55,622 bases of DNA. It comes from Myxococcota bacterium (GTDB lineage Bacteria > Myxococcota > JACRCW01). Positions 34,276 to 47,297 of this stretch are shown here, piece by piece; within the stretch, counting starts at the first letter, position 1, and every line of letters begins with the position of its first letter. The stretch lies in NCBI GenBank assembly GCA_040752415.1, contig JBFMGU010000034.1, positions 1 through 55,622 of the forward strand. The letters are read 5' to 3'. The notes under the pieces are model-generated. The model worked only from the letters and a program-made list of their open reading frames with translations, was not told where the DNA came from and searched no databases. A program made the translations under genes and the position numbers.

Positions 34276-34340
34276 GAACCACCTGCTGAACGAGGACACC
34301 GGCGGAAGCTACCACGCCGGCGTCCCCGCTTCAGAGGCGC

Positions 34341-35591
<1,251 letters not shown>

Positions 35592-35710
35592 GTGTCTAAC
35601 CTTGCCTTTCGTGTCTCCCGCCCTGTGGGGAGCCGCGCCGCGCGCGGTTGTGTCTTGCACTCGCGCCGCCTCAGGGCGGGGGTGCGGGTTTCGTATGAGT
35701 TAGAGGTCGT

Positions 35711-36940
35711 TTAGAAGATCTCGTGCAGCCAGTCCCTCATGCGGGACTTCACCTTGTTGTAGACGTTCTCTTCGCGCACCTTGAAGTAGCGCGAGTCCAT
35801 GTGCTTGCTGCCGTACATGAGCAGGCCCACGCCGGTGGCGTACATGGGGCTGCGCACCACGTCGACGAGGCCACCAATCCCACGCGGGACCCCGCGACGC
35901 ACCGGCACGCCCAGCACGTCCTCCGCCAGCTCCTGCACACCCTCCAGCAGCGTGCTGCCGCCGGTGATCACCACGCCGGAGGCCAGCAGGTCCGCGTGAC
36001 CGGTCTTCTCGATCTCACGCTTGGTGAGCTCGAAGATCTCCTCCACGCGCGGCTCGATGATCTCGGTGAGGATCTGGCGCGCCAGGATGCGCGGCTGCCG
36101 GTGCCCCACGGAGGGAACGTCAATGGTTTCGTTCTTGTCGACCATGGAGGTCAGCGCGCAGCCATAGCGCTGCTTGATGCGCTCCGCCTCATCCACCGGG
36201 GTGCGCAGACCCACGGCAATGTCATTGGTCAGGTGATTGCCGCCCAACGTGAGCACGCTGGTGTGCACAATGGCGCCGCCGGAGAACACCGCCACGTCAG
36301 TGGTGCCGCCGCCGATGTCAATGAGCGCAACGCCCAGCTCCTTCTCCTCCTCGGTCAGCACCGCCTCCGCGCTGGCCAGCGGCTGCAGCACGATGTCCGC
36401 CACGTTCAGACCACAACGCTGCGCGGAGCGCACGATGTTCTGCGCGTTGGACACCGCGCCGGTGACGATGTGGACCTTGGCCTCCAGGCGCACGCCGCAC
36501 ATGCCCAGCGGCTCCTTGATGCCGTCCTGTCCGTCAATGATGTACTCCTGCGGCAGGACGTGGATGACCTCCCGGTCCATGGGGATGTTGACGGCCTTGG
36601 CGGCGTCGATGACGCGCTTGATGTCGCCGTCCTTGATCTCCTTGTCCTTCACCGCCACGGTGCCGTGCGAGTTGATCCCCTTGATGTGTCCGCCCGCAAT
36701 GCCGGTGTAGACGGACTGGATCTCCACGCCCGCCATCAACTCGGCTTCCTCCACGGCCTTCTTGATCGCGGCCACGGTGGCCTCGATGTTGATCACCGCA
36801 CCCTTCTTGAGTCCGCGCGACGGGTGTGTGCCAATGCCAATGATGTCCATGCCGTGCTCATGGATCTCACCGACAATGCACGCGATCTTCGTCGTGCCGA
36901 TATCCAGTCCCACCACCACGTTCTGCTTCGCCATCGCCAC
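35711..36940 (-). CDS. ftsA: Cell division protein FtsA
   Basis: GLDIGTTKI, IDIGGGTTD, EAERIK, YATGVGL; alternative ATG at 36934. Confidence 0.98.
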   Translation of the reverse strand: MAMAKQNVVVGLDIGTTKIACIVGEIHEHGMDIIGIGTHPSRGLKKGAVINIEATVAAIKKAVEEAELMAGVEIQSVYTGIAGGHIKGINSHGTVAVKDKEIKDGDIKRVIDAAKAVNIPMDREVIHVLPQEYIIDGQDGIKEPLGMCGVRLEAKVHIVTGAVSNAQNIVRSAQRCGLNVADIVLQPLASAEAVLTEEEKELGVALIDIGGGTTDVAVFSGGAIVHTSVLTLGGNHLTNDIAVGLRTPVDEAERIKQRYGCALTSMVDKNETIDVPSVGHRQPRILARQILTEIIEPRVEEIFELTKREIEKTGHADLLASGVVITGGSTLLEGVQELAEDVLGVPVRRGVPRGIGGLVDVVRSPMYATGVGLLMYGSKHMDSRYFKVREENVYNKVKSRMRDWLHEIF

Positions 36941-36984
36941 CTCCGCTCTCTCGCCGCGTTTCCTCCCGGTCTCCGCGCGCGTTC

Positions 36985-37818
36985 TCAGGGACTGCCGGTC
37001 AACCGACCATTCCCCGTCGTGGGTTCACTCAACGCCAACTCCGGCTCACGCAGACGAAGCGCCACACGCTCGGGATGACGAGCATTGTCCAGGAACACCC
37101 TGGAGGCTTCCTGCTTGCGAGCCTTCAACACCTTCTCCAGCACCGCGAGGCGCTGGAACTTCTCTGCAAATCCGTCGTGACCCAGGTCCACTTCCATGCC
37201 CGGGTCGCCCAGCCGCAGCGTCAGCCCCGCGGCTTCGTCCACCTGAATCTCGGTGAGCTCCGTGGCGGGACGTCCCGCCGCCAGGTGCGCCTGCTGACCC
37301 CGCAGCGCCAGCTGCAACATGCGTCCCGCGCGCTCCGCCTCGGTGTTGAACCACTCCCGCGGAATGCCGGTGACGACGGGCAGGTCCAGCGCCTCACCAC
37401 CAAAAGCCCGTCGGAACGTGCGACCTTCGCGGTCCACCAGGTACACGCCGCTGTTCAGCGCCACGGTGGCCATGGGGGCGTGCTCACTGACGGTGATGAC
37501 AATCTCGTCGGGGGGCACGCGGCGGACCATGGCGGTGGCCACGTCCGGATGACGCATCACCGCGCGCTGGATGACGTCCGGACGCACGGAATACAGCGAG
37601 ATTCCCTGCGGCACCGACGCGTACTCGAGGAGCTCTTCCGTCGGGATCCGGGAATGTCCCTGCACCGTAACCTTGTTGACAATGAGGTACTGGCCCTCAC
37701 GCGTGAGCTCGTAGGCCCCGACGCCGGCGGCCACGGAAATACCCACCGTGAGCGAGACCTTGACCACGCTCAAGAGGGTAGACATCCCTGTCTTCCGTGA
37801 CGGAGTCCGGCGGTTCAT
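36985..37818 (-). CDS. ftsQ: Cell division protein FtsQ
   Basis: Single TM, POTRA-like region, LPVVTG; lies between ddl and ftsA. Confidence 0.9.
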   Translation of the reverse strand: MNRRTPSRKTGMSTLLSVVKVSLTVGISVAAGVGAYELTREGQYLIVNKVTVQGHSRIPTEELLEYASVPQGISLYSVRPDVIQRAVMRHPDVATAMVRRVPPDEIVITVSEHAPMATVALNSGVYLVDREGRTFRRAFGGEALDLPVVTGIPREWFNTEAERAGRMLQLALRGQQAHLAAGRPATELTEIQVDEAAGLTLRLGDPGMEVDLGHDGFAEKFQRLAVLEKVLKARKQEASRVFLDNARHPERVALRLREPELALSEPTTGNGRLTGSP

Positions 37819-37834
37819 CTTCGTCTTCCCTTCG

Positions 37835-38755
37835 TCAGGCCTTCAGCGAGGCGCCCTGCACCAGCCGCTCACACAGCTGCAGGAATGAGATGCCCTCCCC
37901 CGCGGCAATCTTGGGAAGCAGGCTTGCCTCCGTCATGCCCGGGAGCGTGTTCACCTCGAGGAGAACCACTTCGCCACTCTCGGTGGCAATGCAATCGCTG
38001 CGGGTGGCACCCGCGCAGCCCAGCGCCTTGTGCGCCGCCACGCAGACCTCCAGCACGCGCTTGGAGACGTCGGCCGGAATTCGTGCGGGATAGTGATACT
38101 TCGTCCCGATGCCGCCGTACTTGGCCTTGTAGCTGTAGAACTCATCCGCCGGCTCGATCTCGATGACGCCGAGGCCCTTGTCGTCGAGGACTGCGCCCTG
38201 GACTTCCTTGCCCTTGACGAACTTCTCCACCACCACGCGGTGCCCGTACTTCGCGGCCTCCGCGAGCGCGGCGGGCAGGTCCGCCTCCTTCTTCACAATC
38301 GAGACCCCCACGCTGGAGCCCTCACGGCTGGGCTTGATCACGCAGGGCACGCCAAACGGGATGTCCTTGGCGGTGAGCCTGGTGGCGCCCTGGGCGTCGA
38401 CGTCAAAGCCCTCCGGCATGGGAATGCCCGCGGCGCGGAGCACCGTCTTGGTGAACACCTTGTCCATGGCCACGCTGGACGCGAGCACGCCGCTGCCGGT
38501 GTAGGGGATGCCCATGGACTCGAGCAGGCCCTGGATGCAGCCGTCCTCACCGTAGCGGCCGTGCAGCGCAATGAAGGCCACGTCGACCTTCTCGCCGCGC
38601 AGCTTCGTCGCCACGTCCAGGTCCACGTCAATGAGGACCACGTTCCGGCCGCCACCCTTGAGGGAGTCGTGCACGGCCTTGCCGGTGCGCAGGGACACTT
38701 CCCGCTCGCTGCTCCGACCGCCGTAGAGGACACCAATGCGCTTCTCGAGATTCAT
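37835..38755 (-). CDS. ddl: D-alanine--D-alanine ligase
   Basis: GG.SSEREVSL, LHGRYGEDG, EGSSVG, FYSYKAKY, LEVNTLPG. Confidence 0.98.
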   Translation of the reverse strand: MNLEKRIGVLYGGRSSEREVSLRTGKAVHDSLKGGGRNVVLIDVDLDVATKLRGEKVDVAFIALHGRYGEDGCIQGLLESMGIPYTGSGVLASSVAMDKVFTKTVLRAAGIPMPEGFDVDAQGATRLTAKDIPFGVPCVIKPSREGSSVGVSIVKKEADLPAALAEAAKYGHRVVVEKFVKGKEVQGAVLDDKGLGVIEIEPADEFYSYKAKYGGIGTKYHYPARIPADVSKRVLEVCVAAHKALGCAGATRSDCIATESGEVVLLEVNTLPGMTEASLLPKIAAGEGISFLQLCERLVQGASLKA

Positions 38756-39687
38756 GTGAACTCACCCATCCTTCGGACTTCCCACTCCAGCTGCACACCA
38801 GACTTCGCCATCACTTCGCGCTGACAGCGCTCGGCCAGCGTCACCACGTCGCGCGCCGTTGCTCCGCCTGCGTTCACAATGAAGTTCGCGTGGACCGGGC
38901 TGATGAGCGCGCCACCCTCGCGCGTCCCCTTCAGGCCCGCCGCCTCGATGAGACGGCCCGCGTAATCCCCCGGCGGGTTCTTGAAGATGCTGCCCGCGCC
39001 GTGCTCCTTGGGCTGCGATGCGTGGCGCCGCTTGAGTGACGCCGACGCCATTGCCTGGATCTCCGCGGCCTTGCCCGGGTCCGCGTGATTGCAGCGCAGC
39101 ACCCCACCCAGCAACAGGCTGCCCTTGGGAAAGGCGGAGGTGCGGTACGCAAACCCGCACTGCTCACGCGTGAGCACGCGGACCTCGTCGCCATCAATGA
39201 GGCGGATGCTCTCCACGTGCTCACCCACCTCACCCTCGCGGCTACCCGCATTCATGATGAACGCACCGCCCACCGTCCCCGGCGTGCCCACCCAGCCATT
39301 GCTCCGCGGCCAGCCCAGCGCCATGCAGGCCTTGGTCAGCTTCGCAAACGACGCGCCCGCACCCACATCCACGCGCTTGCCATTCTCCGACGTCACCACC
39401 GCGCTGAGCTTCCCAGTGAGACGCATGGTCACGCCGCGGATGCCACCGTCACCAATGAGCACGTTGGAACCGCCGCCCAGCATGGTGAACGGCACGCCCA
39501 GCTCACGGATGACGCGGAGCGCCTGCAGGACCTCGTCGTCGTCGGACGGCTCCACCAGCACGTCCGCGGGACCACCAATGCGGAACGTGGTCAGTGGCGC
39601 CAGTGACGCATTCTTCTGGCACCGCGCCTTCACGCGGGACACCAGCTCGTCAACCCAGGTCATGCTCTCCGCCATGGCGCCCCTCAT
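38752..39687 (-). CDS. murB: UDP-N-acetylmuramate dehydrogenase
   Basis: [40 protein letters not shown]. Confidence 0.97.
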   Translation of the reverse strand: MRGAMAESMTWVDELVSRVKARCQKNASLAPLTTFRIGGPADVLVEPSDDDEVLQALRVIRELGVPFTMLGGGSNVLIGDGGIRGVTMRLTGKLSAVVTSENGKRVDVGAGASFAKLTKACMALGWPRSNGWVGTPGTVGGAFIMNAGSREGEVGEHVESIRLIDGDEVRVLTREQCGFAYRTSAFPKGSLLLGGVLRCNHADPGKAAEIQAMASASLKRRHASQPKEHGAGSIFKNPPGDYAGRLIEAAGLKGTREGGALISPVHANFIVNAGGATARDVVTLAERCQREVMAKSGVQLEWEVRRMGEFT

Positions 39688-41099
39688 GCGTGCCCCGAGG
39701 AGGCGGAGATCCTGCCGAGCAGCTCCTCGCCCACGTTGGTGATGTCGCCCGCACCCTGCGTGATGACGATGTCGCCGGGCTTCACCACTTCCATCGCCGC
39801 GGACACCAGCTCGGCGCGGGCCGCGTAGCGGGAGTCGTGGTGCCCGTGACGACGGATGGCCTCATGCAACGACTTCCCGCTGATTCCCTCGATGGGATCC
39901 TCGCTGGCCGCGTAGATGTCGGTGTTGATGACCACGTCGGCGTCGTTGAAGGAGACGGCGAACTCTTCCATCAGGTCGCGCGTGCGCGTGTAACGGTGCG
40001 GCTGGAACAACACCACGATGCGACGATCCGGGAACGCCCCGCGCGCGCCGGCCAGCGTGGCCTGGATTTCCGCGGGGTGATGCCCGTAGTCGTCGACGAC
40101 GGTGATACCCGCCGCCTCGCCGCGGATGGTGAACCGACGCTGCACGCCCTGGAACCCCGCCATGGCCTGCACCAGCGTGGGGAACGGAATCTCCAGCTCG
40201 TCGGCGAGCGCGCAGACGCTCAGCGCGTTGGTGACGTTGTGCATGCCGATCATGTTGAGCGTGATTTCACCCAGGCGCTCACCGCGACGAACCAGCTCGA
40301 AACGGCTGCGCATCCCTTCCAGCTGGACCTTGACGGCGCGGTAATCCGCCTGGGCGCTGAGCCCGTACGTCACGTGCCGGCGGACCACGCGCGGGATGAT
40401 CGCCTGCACGTGCGGGTTGTCCAGGCACAGGATGGCCAGGCCGTAGAACGGCAGCCGGTTCACGAACTCGACGAAGCCGCTCTGGATGTGGGCCAGCCCG
40501 CCCTTCCAGAAGTCCAGGTGCTCGCGGTCAATGTTGGTGACGACGCAGATGGTCGGCGTGAGACGGAGGAAGGAGCCGTCGCTCTCGTCGGCCTCGGCAA
40601 CCAGGAAGGGACCCTGGCCCAGCTTCGCGTTGCTGCCCAGCTGGTTGACCTTGCCACCAATGATGACGGTGGGGTCCATGCCCGCCACGCCCAGCAGGTT
40701 GGCCACGAGTGACGTCGTGGACGTCTTCCCGTGCATGCCGGCCACGGCAATGCCGTACTTCATGCGCATCAGCTCGGCGAGCATCTCCGCGCGCGGAATC
40801 ACCGGGATGCCGCGGGACTGCGCCTCCTTCACCTCGGGGTTCGTCTCGCGCACCGCCGTGGAGATGACCACGACATCCGCCTGCCCATCCGGCCCCACCA
40901 CGTTCTCCGCGGCGTGGCCGATCCTGATGCGCGCCCCCATCCCGCCGAGACGACGCGTGGTGTCGGACTCCTTCACGTCGGAGCCGCTGATCGTATAGCC
41001 CTGGTTGAGCAGCACTTCGGCAATGCCGCTCATGCCAATGCCGCCAATGCCCACGAAGTGTATGCGCTTGAGGCGCCGACGGTAGATGCTGCCGATCAT
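39684..41099 (-). CDS. murC: UDP-N-acetylmuramate--L-alanine ligase
   Basis: [37 protein letters not shown]. Confidence 0.98.
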   Translation of the reverse strand: MIGSIYRRRLKRIHFVGIGGIGMSGIAEVLLNQGYTISGSDVKESDTTRRLGGMGARIRIGHAAENVVGPDGQADVVVISTAVRETNPEVKEAQSRGIPVIPRAEMLAELMRMKYGIAVAGMHGKTSTTSLVANLLGVAGMDPTVIIGGKVNQLGSNAKLGQGPFLVAEADESDGSFLRLTPTICVVTNIDREHLDFWKGGLAHIQSGFVEFVNRLPFYGLAILCLDNPHVQAIIPRVVRRHVTYGLSAQADYRAVKVQLEGMRSRFELVRRGERLGEITLNMIGMHNVTNALSVCALADELEIPFPTLVQAMAGFQGVQRRFTIRGEAAGITVVDDYGHHPAEIQATLAGARGAFPDRRIVVLFQPHRYTRTRDLMEEFAVSFNDADVVINTDIYAASEDPIEGISGKSLHEAIRRHGHHDSRYAARAELVSAAMEVVKPGDIVITQGAGDITNVGEELLGRISASSGHA

Positions 41100-42184
41100 G
41101 ACCGCACCTCCTGCGCCGTCGTGGTGGGAACGCCCGCCAGGTTCTGGAGCGCGTCGGCAATCTCGCGCGCCGCGTGGGGGCGTCCCAGCTTGCGCGCCGC
41201 TTCACCCATGGCCTTCAGCTTCGCTTCATCCTTGAGCAGGTCCACGATGACCTTTCCGAGGGTCTCTCCCGTCGCCGCCGACTGCGCCATCAGCACCGCG
41301 GCCCCCGCCTGCTCCAGCTCGCGCGCGTTGTGGGTCTGGTGATCGTCGGCGGCCTGCGGGAACGGAATGAGGATGGAGGGCCGGCCCAGCGCGGTCAGCT
41401 CGGCGCACGTGGTGGCACCGGCGCGACACACGCACAGCTTCGCGTCCGCATAGGCCTTGGCCATGTCGTCGATGAAGGGGCGCACGTCCGCGGTCACACC
41501 CGCGCGCGCATAGGCGGCCTTCGTCTCCTCCACGTCCTTCTCGCCGGTCTGGTGGGTCACCGGGACGGCCGGCACCTGCGTGAACGCGTAGGCCAACGCC
41601 TCGGGCAGGACCTGGTTGAGCGCCCGCGCACCCTGGCTGCCACCGAGGACGAGGATGCCAGTGCCCTGCCCCGCCGGCGCTGAGATGAGCGCGTGACGCA
41701 CCGGGTTCCCCGCGCGCACGAACTTGTGGGTGGGGAAGAACTTCGCGGAAGCCTCAAAGGACCCGAAGATCTTGTGGACCACCTTGCCCAGGATCTTGTT
41801 GGTGACGCCGGGAATGGAGTTCTGCTCGAGCACCGCGGTGGTCAGGCCGCGCGTGCGCGCCACCATGACCATGGGGCCGGACGCATAACCGCCCACCCCC
41901 ACCACGACGTCAGGCTTGAACTCGCTGATGATGGCCTGGCACTGGAAGAAGCTGACCGGCAGCTTGCCCAGAGAGGACAGCGTCTTCACGAGGCCCACGC
42001 GCTTGATGCCGCTGACGTCGATGAGCTTGAGCGGATAGCCGGCCTTCGGCACTGCGCGCGTCTCGATGCCACGCTCCGTGCCCACGAACATGACCTCGCC
42101 GCCACGGGCCTTGAACTCGTCAGCGAGCGCAATGCCCGGGTACAGGTGGCCTCCGGTTCCGCCGCCGGCAATGATGACCTTCAT
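41096..42184 (-). CDS. murG: Lipid II GlcNAc transferase
   Basis: GGGTGGH, GGY, EQN, GNPVR, GGSQGA; start reassigned to MKVIIAGG, overlapping the ftsW stop. Confidence 0.97.
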   Translation of the reverse strand: MKVIIAGGGTGGHLYPGIALADEFKARGGEVMFVGTERGIETRAVPKAGYPLKLIDVSGIKRVGLVKTLSSLGKLPVSFFQCQAIISEFKPDVVVGVGGYASGPMVMVARTRGLTTAVLEQNSIPGVTNKILGKVVHKIFGSFEASAKFFPTHKFVRAGNPVRHALISAPAGQGTGILVLGGSQGARALNQVLPEALAYAFTQVPAVPVTHQTGEKDVEETKAAYARAGVTADVRPFIDDMAKAYADAKLCVCRAGATTCAELTALGRPSILIPFPQAADDHQTHNARELEQAGAAVLMAQSAATGETLGKVIVDLLKDEAKLKAMGEAARKLGRPHAAREIADALQNLAGVPTTTAQEVRS

Positions 42185-43332
42185 GCGCGCCCCCCGGCCA
42201 GGACCACGCCGCCCACGACGGGGGAGCGCGAGATCACGGCATCCTGGGCTTCGCCCGCCAGTCGCAGGAGCACGCCCGCCATGAAGCACATGGCAATCAG
42301 CGACGAGCCACCGTACGAGACAAACGGCAGCGTGAGTCCCTTGGTGGGGACCAGGCCCAGCACCACGGCCATGTTGATGGTGGCCTGCAGGACGATGAGC
42401 ATGGTGAGTCCCGCGGCCAGGTAGCCCTCCGAGGTGTTCCCCAGCCGACGGAACGCGCGCAACCCACGCCACCCGATGATGCCGAACAGCGTGACCACCA
42501 TGAGCACTCCGAGCAGGCCGAGTTCCTCGCCGATGATCGCGAAGATGAAGTCGGTGTGCGCCGCGGGGAGGAAGAACAGCTTCTGCTTGCCCGCGCCCAG
42601 TCCCAGACCGGTGATGCCGCCGGAGCCGAAGGAGATGAGGCTCTCCGCCACCTGGTATCCAATGCCCCGACGGTTGGCCCACGGGTCCATGAACGCCAGC
42701 ACGCGCTTCATGCGGTACGCCGACGTCACCACCAGCAACACCGCCGCCGGCACGGCCACCATCACGCAACCGCCGAGGTAACGCAGCGGCACGCCGCCCA
42801 GCAACATCAGCAGACCGCTAATCGTGACCAGCACCACCGCGGTCCCGAAGTCGGGCTGCGCGAGGAGCAACACAGCCATCACGCCCGGAATGGCGACGTG
42901 CGGGAGGAACCCGATCTTGAACGTCCGGATTTTTGCGGCCTTCTTGTGCAGGCTGTAGGCTAGGAACGAAATGAGCGCGAACTTGCACATCTCACTGGGT
43001 TGGAACGCGAAGGGCCCCAGCGCAATCCAGCGCTGCGCGCCGCCGCCGGACTTCCCCAGCCCCGGGATCTGCACCAGCACCAGCGCCACGAACGCCGCTC
43101 CGAGGACAGGGACCGCCGCGCGCTGCCACACCTCCGCGGGCACCACGCTGCCAATCCAGAGCGCCACCAGGCCCACCAGTGCAAACACCGCCTGGCGCTT
43201 CAGGTAGTAGTCCGGATCGCCCAGTTTAGCCGCAGCGTTGACGCTGGATGCGCTGTAGACCATCACCACGCCCAGCCCGATGAGGCAGAGCACGGCCCAC
43301 AAGAGGAGGACGTCGAGCCGTCTGGCGCTCAT
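42181..43332 (-). CDS. ftsW: SEDS peptidoglycan polymerase FtsW
   Basis: MVYSAS, FQPSE..K, QPDFG, LPAAHTDFIF, LPFVSYGGSS. Confidence 0.97.
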   Translation of the reverse strand: MSARRLDVLLLWAVLCLIGLGVVMVYSASSVNAAAKLGDPDYYLKRQAVFALVGLVALWIGSVVPAEVWQRAAVPVLGAAFVALVLVQIPGLGKSGGGAQRWIALGPFAFQPSEMCKFALISFLAYSLHKKAAKIRTFKIGFLPHVAIPGVMAVLLLAQPDFGTAVVLVTISGLLMLLGGVPLRYLGGCVMVAVPAAVLLVVTSAYRMKRVLAFMDPWANRRGIGYQVAESLISFGSGGITGLGLGAGKQKLFFLPAAHTDFIFAIIGEELGLLGVLMVVTLFGIIGWRGLRAFRRLGNTSEGYLAAGLTMLIVLQATINMAVVLGLVPTKGLTLPFVSYGGSSLIAMCFMAGVLLRLAGEAQDAVISRSPVVGGVVLAGGRA

Positions 43333-44753
43333 GACTCACCTCCCATGCGGGCGCGCACCCACTCGGCGAACACGTCGCCACGGTGCTCGTAGTTGCGGAA
43401 CTGATCGAACGAGGCGCAGGCCGGGGAGAGCAGCACCACCTCACCGGGCCGAGCGGCCTTCCGCGCGCGCTCCAGCGCGGAGTCCATGGTCCCCGCGTCG
43501 ATGACGGGGCAGACCTTCTGCATGGCCGCGCCAATCAGCGCCGCCGCCTGGCCAATGACGTAGCAGGCCTTCACGCGGCCCTTCGCGGCGTCGGCCATGG
43601 GGCCGTAGGAGGAACCCTTGTCCAGCCCGCCGGCAATGAGGTGGATGGGCTCGTCAAAGGACTGCAGCGCTTTCACCGTGGCGTCGACGTTGGTGCCCTT
43701 GGAGTCATTGAAGTACCGCACGCCGTTGATGGCGCCGATCTCCTGGAGCCGATGCGGCACGGCCTGGAACGCATCCAGCCCCGCCTGCACCGCGGCCTGC
43801 GGAATCCCCGCCGCCCGCGCCGCCGCCACCGCCGCCGCTGCGTTCTCCAGATTGTGACGCCCACGGATGGCCGGGTTCCCCGTCGTGTACTTCTCGGTGG
43901 CCCCGTTCCGACGGAGAACCAGGTCCCGCCCGAAGATCTCCACGCCCTGCGCGTTCGCCCCGACGTTGAAGTCCAGGCGCGCGTTCTTCAGCTCCTTCGA
44001 GCGCGCATAGGCTTCCGGGTCGCCCGCGTTGATCACGGCCACGTGCTGCGCGGACTGGTGACGGAACAGGTTGAACTTCGCGTCGTAGTAGGCGTCGGCA
44101 ACCTTGTAGCGCTCGAGGTGATCGGGGCTGAGGTTCGTCAGCACGGCAACCTGCGCATCCAGGCTGCTGATCGGCTCGCACTGGTAGCTGGACAGCTCCA
44201 CGACGAGAAAATCCCAGTCCGCCTGCACATAGGCCGCTTCACACACCGCGCGGCCCAGGTTCCCGCCCACGAACGTGTTGGGCTTCGCCTGTTGCACCAG
44301 CCCGCCCACCATCGTCGTCGTGGTGGACTTGCCGTTGGTGCCGGTGATGCACAGCCAGGGTGCGCGGGTGAAGCGCCACGCCAGCTCGGCCTCTCCGGTC
44401 CACGGCGTGCCTGCGTTCACAATCGCATCCCACCACGCGCCCCGACGAGGAACGCCCGGGCTCACCACCACGAGATCCGCCTTGGTGGCGAGGTCTCCAT
44501 TGATGCCGCCGCCGTGCACCGTGACGGGCCCCATCTCCGACAGCGTCTTCTGCGCTCCGGCCAGGTCCGCCTGCGCCTTGTCGTCGAGCGCCACCACCTT
44601 GCTCGCTCCAGCGAGGCAAAGCAGCTTGATGGCACTGGTGCCACTCTTGCCAAGTCCCACGACGGCAACACTGCGGCCCTTCAGTGAGCCGAGCAGCTCC
44701 TGCACGCGGTCGGGCGCCGTGCCCGTCGGGAGGGGACGAAGGGTCGGATTCAT
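43329..44753 (-). CDS. murD: UDP-MurNAc-L-Ala--D-Glu ligase
   Basis: VSPG, TGTNGKSTT, ELSSYQ, NDSKGTN, LSPACASFDQF. Confidence 0.97.
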   Translation of the reverse strand: MNPTLRPLPTGTAPDRVQELLGSLKGRSVAVVGLGKSGTSAIKLLCLAGASKVVALDDKAQADLAGAQKTLSEMGPVTVHGGGINGDLATKADLVVVSPGVPRRGAWWDAIVNAGTPWTGEAELAWRFTRAPWLCITGTNGKSTTTTMVGGLVQQAKPNTFVGGNLGRAVCEAAYVQADWDFLVVELSSYQCEPISSLDAQVAVLTNLSPDHLERYKVADAYYDAKFNLFRHQSAQHVAVINAGDPEAYARSKELKNARLDFNVGANAQGVEIFGRDLVLRRNGATEKYTTGNPAIRGRHNLENAAAAVAAARAAGIPQAAVQAGLDAFQAVPHRLQEIGAINGVRYFNDSKGTNVDATVKALQSFDEPIHLIAGGLDKGSSYGPMADAAKGRVKACYVIGQAAALIGAAMQKVCPVIDAGTMDSALERARKAARPGEVVLLSPACASFDQFRNYEHRGDVFAEWVRARMGGES

Positions 44754-45844
44754 CGCAGCTTCAGGGTGGCAAGGCCGACGATGGCCAGCATGATGGAGAC
44801 GATCCAGAAACGGACAATGACCTTGGGCTCGGCCCAGCCGCCCAACTCGTAGTGGTGATGCAATGGCGCCATGCGCAGCACGCGCTTGCCGGTGAGCTTG
44901 AAGCTGGTCACCTGCGCCATGACGGAGACAATCTCGGCGAGGAACACACCGTGGACGATGGCGCTGACAATCTCGTTCTTGGTGAGCAGCGCCACCATGC
45001 CGAGCAGGCCGCCCAGCGCGAGCGCGCCGACGTCACCCATGAACACCTGCGCGGGATACGCGTTGTACCAGAGGAACCCGATGCCGCTGCCGATGACGGC
45101 GGCGCAGATGATGGACAGCTCCTCCGCGCCCTTCACCTGGATGATGCCCAGGTACTTGGCGATGTTGAAGTCCCGCAGCTCGGTGCCCGCGGCGTACGCC
45201 AGCACCATGAACACGAATGCGCTGACAATCGTGGGGCCAATGGCCAATCCGTCGAGACCGTCGGTCATGTTGACCGCGTTGCTGGTCCCCACGACGACAA
45301 TCAGCCCAAAGATCACGTACAGCAGCGCGGGCAGCTCCGGCGCGAACTTCTCCGCCTTGAACAGCGGGAAGGAGAGGTGCCGGTCAAAGTCCGCCGCGTA
45401 GAACAGGTAGACCATGGCGGCGATGCCGGTGCTGAACTGCCAGAACAGCTTCCACCGACCGGCCAGGCCCTTGGGGTCCTTGAACTTGATCTTCTTGAAG
45501 TCGTCGTAGAAGCCCACCGCGCCGTAGCTGAGCGTGATGAACAGCGTGAGCCAGATGGCGTCGTTGGAGAGGTCGGCCCAGAGCAGCGTGCTGACGGTGA
45601 TGGCAATGAGGATGAGCGTGCCGCCCATCGTGGGAGTGCCCTGCTTCTTGAGGTGGGTCTGCGGTCCGTCATCACGCACGGCCTGGCCGAACTTGAAGAT
45701 CTGCAGGCGACGGATCATCGGGGGATAGAAGAACAGGCACACCAGCAGCGCCGTCAGCGCCGACATCAGGATGCGGAACGACGGATACCGCAGCACATTG
45801 AGCAGCGAGCTGTCCGGATTGGACGTGTAGAGCCAGTAGAGCAT
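44750..45844 (-). CDS. mraY: Phospho-MurNAc-pentapeptide transferase
   Basis: KQGTPTMGG, NAVNMTDGLDGL, FMGDVG, APLHHHYE. Confidence 0.98.
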   Translation of the reverse strand: MLYWLYTSNPDSSLLNVLRYPSFRILMSALTALLVCLFFYPPMIRRLQIFKFGQAVRDDGPQTHLKKQGTPTMGGTLILIAITVSTLLWADLSNDAIWLTLFITLSYGAVGFYDDFKKIKFKDPKGLAGRWKLFWQFSTGIAAMVYLFYAADFDRHLSFPLFKAEKFAPELPALLYVIFGLIVVVGTSNAVNMTDGLDGLAIGPTIVSAFVFMVLAYAAGTELRDFNIAKYLGIIQVKGAEELSIICAAVIGSGIGFLWYNAYPAQVFMGDVGALALGGLLGMVALLTKNEIVSAIVHGVFLAEIVSVMAQVTSFKLTGKRVLRMAPLHHHYELGGWAEPKVIVRFWIVSIMLAIVGLATLKLR

Positions 45845-45845
45845 C

Positions 45846-47297
45846 TCAGTGCTCCTTCCCGGCGGTCGTGCCGCACAATGCGTGGACCGCGCGCTCCATG
45901 CGCGCCCCGCGTGAGCCCTTCACCAACACCACATCTCCTTGCTTCACCGTCGATGTCAGCACCGGCAGCAGCGCCTCCAGTGACTCATTCCAGTGCACGT
46001 TCGAGCTGTTCATTCCCGACGCCACGGCGCCTTCGGACGTGGCCTTGCTGCGCGTACCGGAGAGGAACAACGCATCCGGCTTGAGCCGCGCCGCCGCCTC
46101 ACCCACCTCGCGGTGCAGCGCCATCTCCACGCTGCCCAGCTCCAGCATGTCGCCAAGGACCAGGATGAGTCGCTGCTTGCCCGCGTCCGCCTCCCGACGA
46201 GCAACCTCCATCGCAGCGCGCACGCTGGCGGGGTTGGCGTTGTAGCTGTCGTCGATGACGTCCGCACCGGAGAGCGCCTTCCGACGGGTGAGACGACCGC
46301 TCACCATCTTGGCGGCCTCGAGGCCCTTGGAAATCGCGCTCGGCGCCACGCCCATCACGGTGGCCAGCGCCGCGGCCGCGCAGCCATTCAGCGCGTTGTG
46401 GCTACCCAGCGCCGGCACGTGCGCCTTCACCTCGACGCCACGCACCACCAGCGTCACATCCATTCCGCCTTCACGCTGGGACTCGCTGACCAGCCGCACG
46501 TCGGCGTTGGCGGCGCGGCCGTAGCCCACACGCTTGAGCTCGGGATGACGCGCGGCCTGCTGCACCACCAGCGGATCATCCAGGTTCACCACCATGGTCC
46601 CGTCGGGGCTGAGCCCGGCGAAGATTTCACCCTTGGCCGCGGCAATGCCTTCGATCTTGCCGTCGAAATTCCCGATGTGCGCCGGGGCCACGTTGGTGAT
46701 GAGCGCCGCCACCGGCTCGACAATGCGACACAGCGCCGCAATCTCCCCCGCGTGGTTCATGCCCATCTCGAACACCGCCACCTTGTGCTCAGCCACGGCG
46801 CGGAACGCCGTCTGCGGGACACCAATCTGGTTGTTGAGGTTCCCCTCGGTGACCAGGGCGTGCGCGTCGCCAAAGTGGGCCTTGAGGATGGCGGCGGTGA
46901 ATTCCTTCGTCGTGGTCTTGCCATTGGAGCCGGTCAGCGCGCACTTCTGCAGTGCCAGTCGCCGCAGGTGCCCACGCGCCAGGTCGCCCAGCGCCAGCAG
47001 CGTGTCGTCGACCATCCACAGCGCGAAGTCACCTTCACTGAGCGCCGCGCGGTCCTGCGTCTGGGCCCAATCGCGGGACACCACGGCGCCACGCGCGCCC
47101 GCCACCTTGGCCGCGGCCACAAACTTGTGACCATCAAAGGTATCACCCTTGAGCGCCACGAAGAGGTCACCCGGCTGGATGGTGCGGCTGTCGGTGGAGA
47201 CGCGAGTGAACGTGGCGCGGCCGCCGCCGGTGCGCATGGCCCGACGATCCCGCAGGCACGCGTCCACTTCCTGGATGACGAAGAAGGTCTGCATCAC
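45846..47297 (-). CDS. murF: UDP-MurNAc-tripeptide--D-Ala-D-Ala ligase
   Basis: TGSNGKTTTK, NLNNQIG, EMGMNH.GEI, DDSYNANP, VKGSRG. Confidence 0.97.
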   Translation of the reverse strand: MMQTFFVIQEVDACLRDRRAMRTGGGRATFTRVSTDSRTIQPGDLFVALKGDTFDGHKFVAAAKVAGARGAVVSRDWAQTQDRAALSEGDFALWMVDDTLLALGDLARGHLRRLALQKCALTGSNGKTTTKEFTAAILKAHFGDAHALVTEGNLNNQIGVPQTAFRAVAEHKVAVFEMGMNHAGEIAALCRIVEPVAALITNVAPAHIGNFDGKIEGIAAAKGEIFAGLSPDGTMVVNLDDPLVVQQAARHPELKRVGYGRAANADVRLVSESQREGGMDVTLVVRGVEVKAHVPALGSHNALNGCAAAALATVMGVAPSAISKGLEAAKMVSGRLTRRKALSGADVIDDSYNANPASVRAAMEVARREADAGKQRLILVLGDMLELGSVEMALHREVGEAAARLKPDALFLSGTRSKATSEGAVASGMNSSNVHWNESLEALLPVLTSTVKQGDVVLVKGSRGARMERAVHALCGTTAGKEH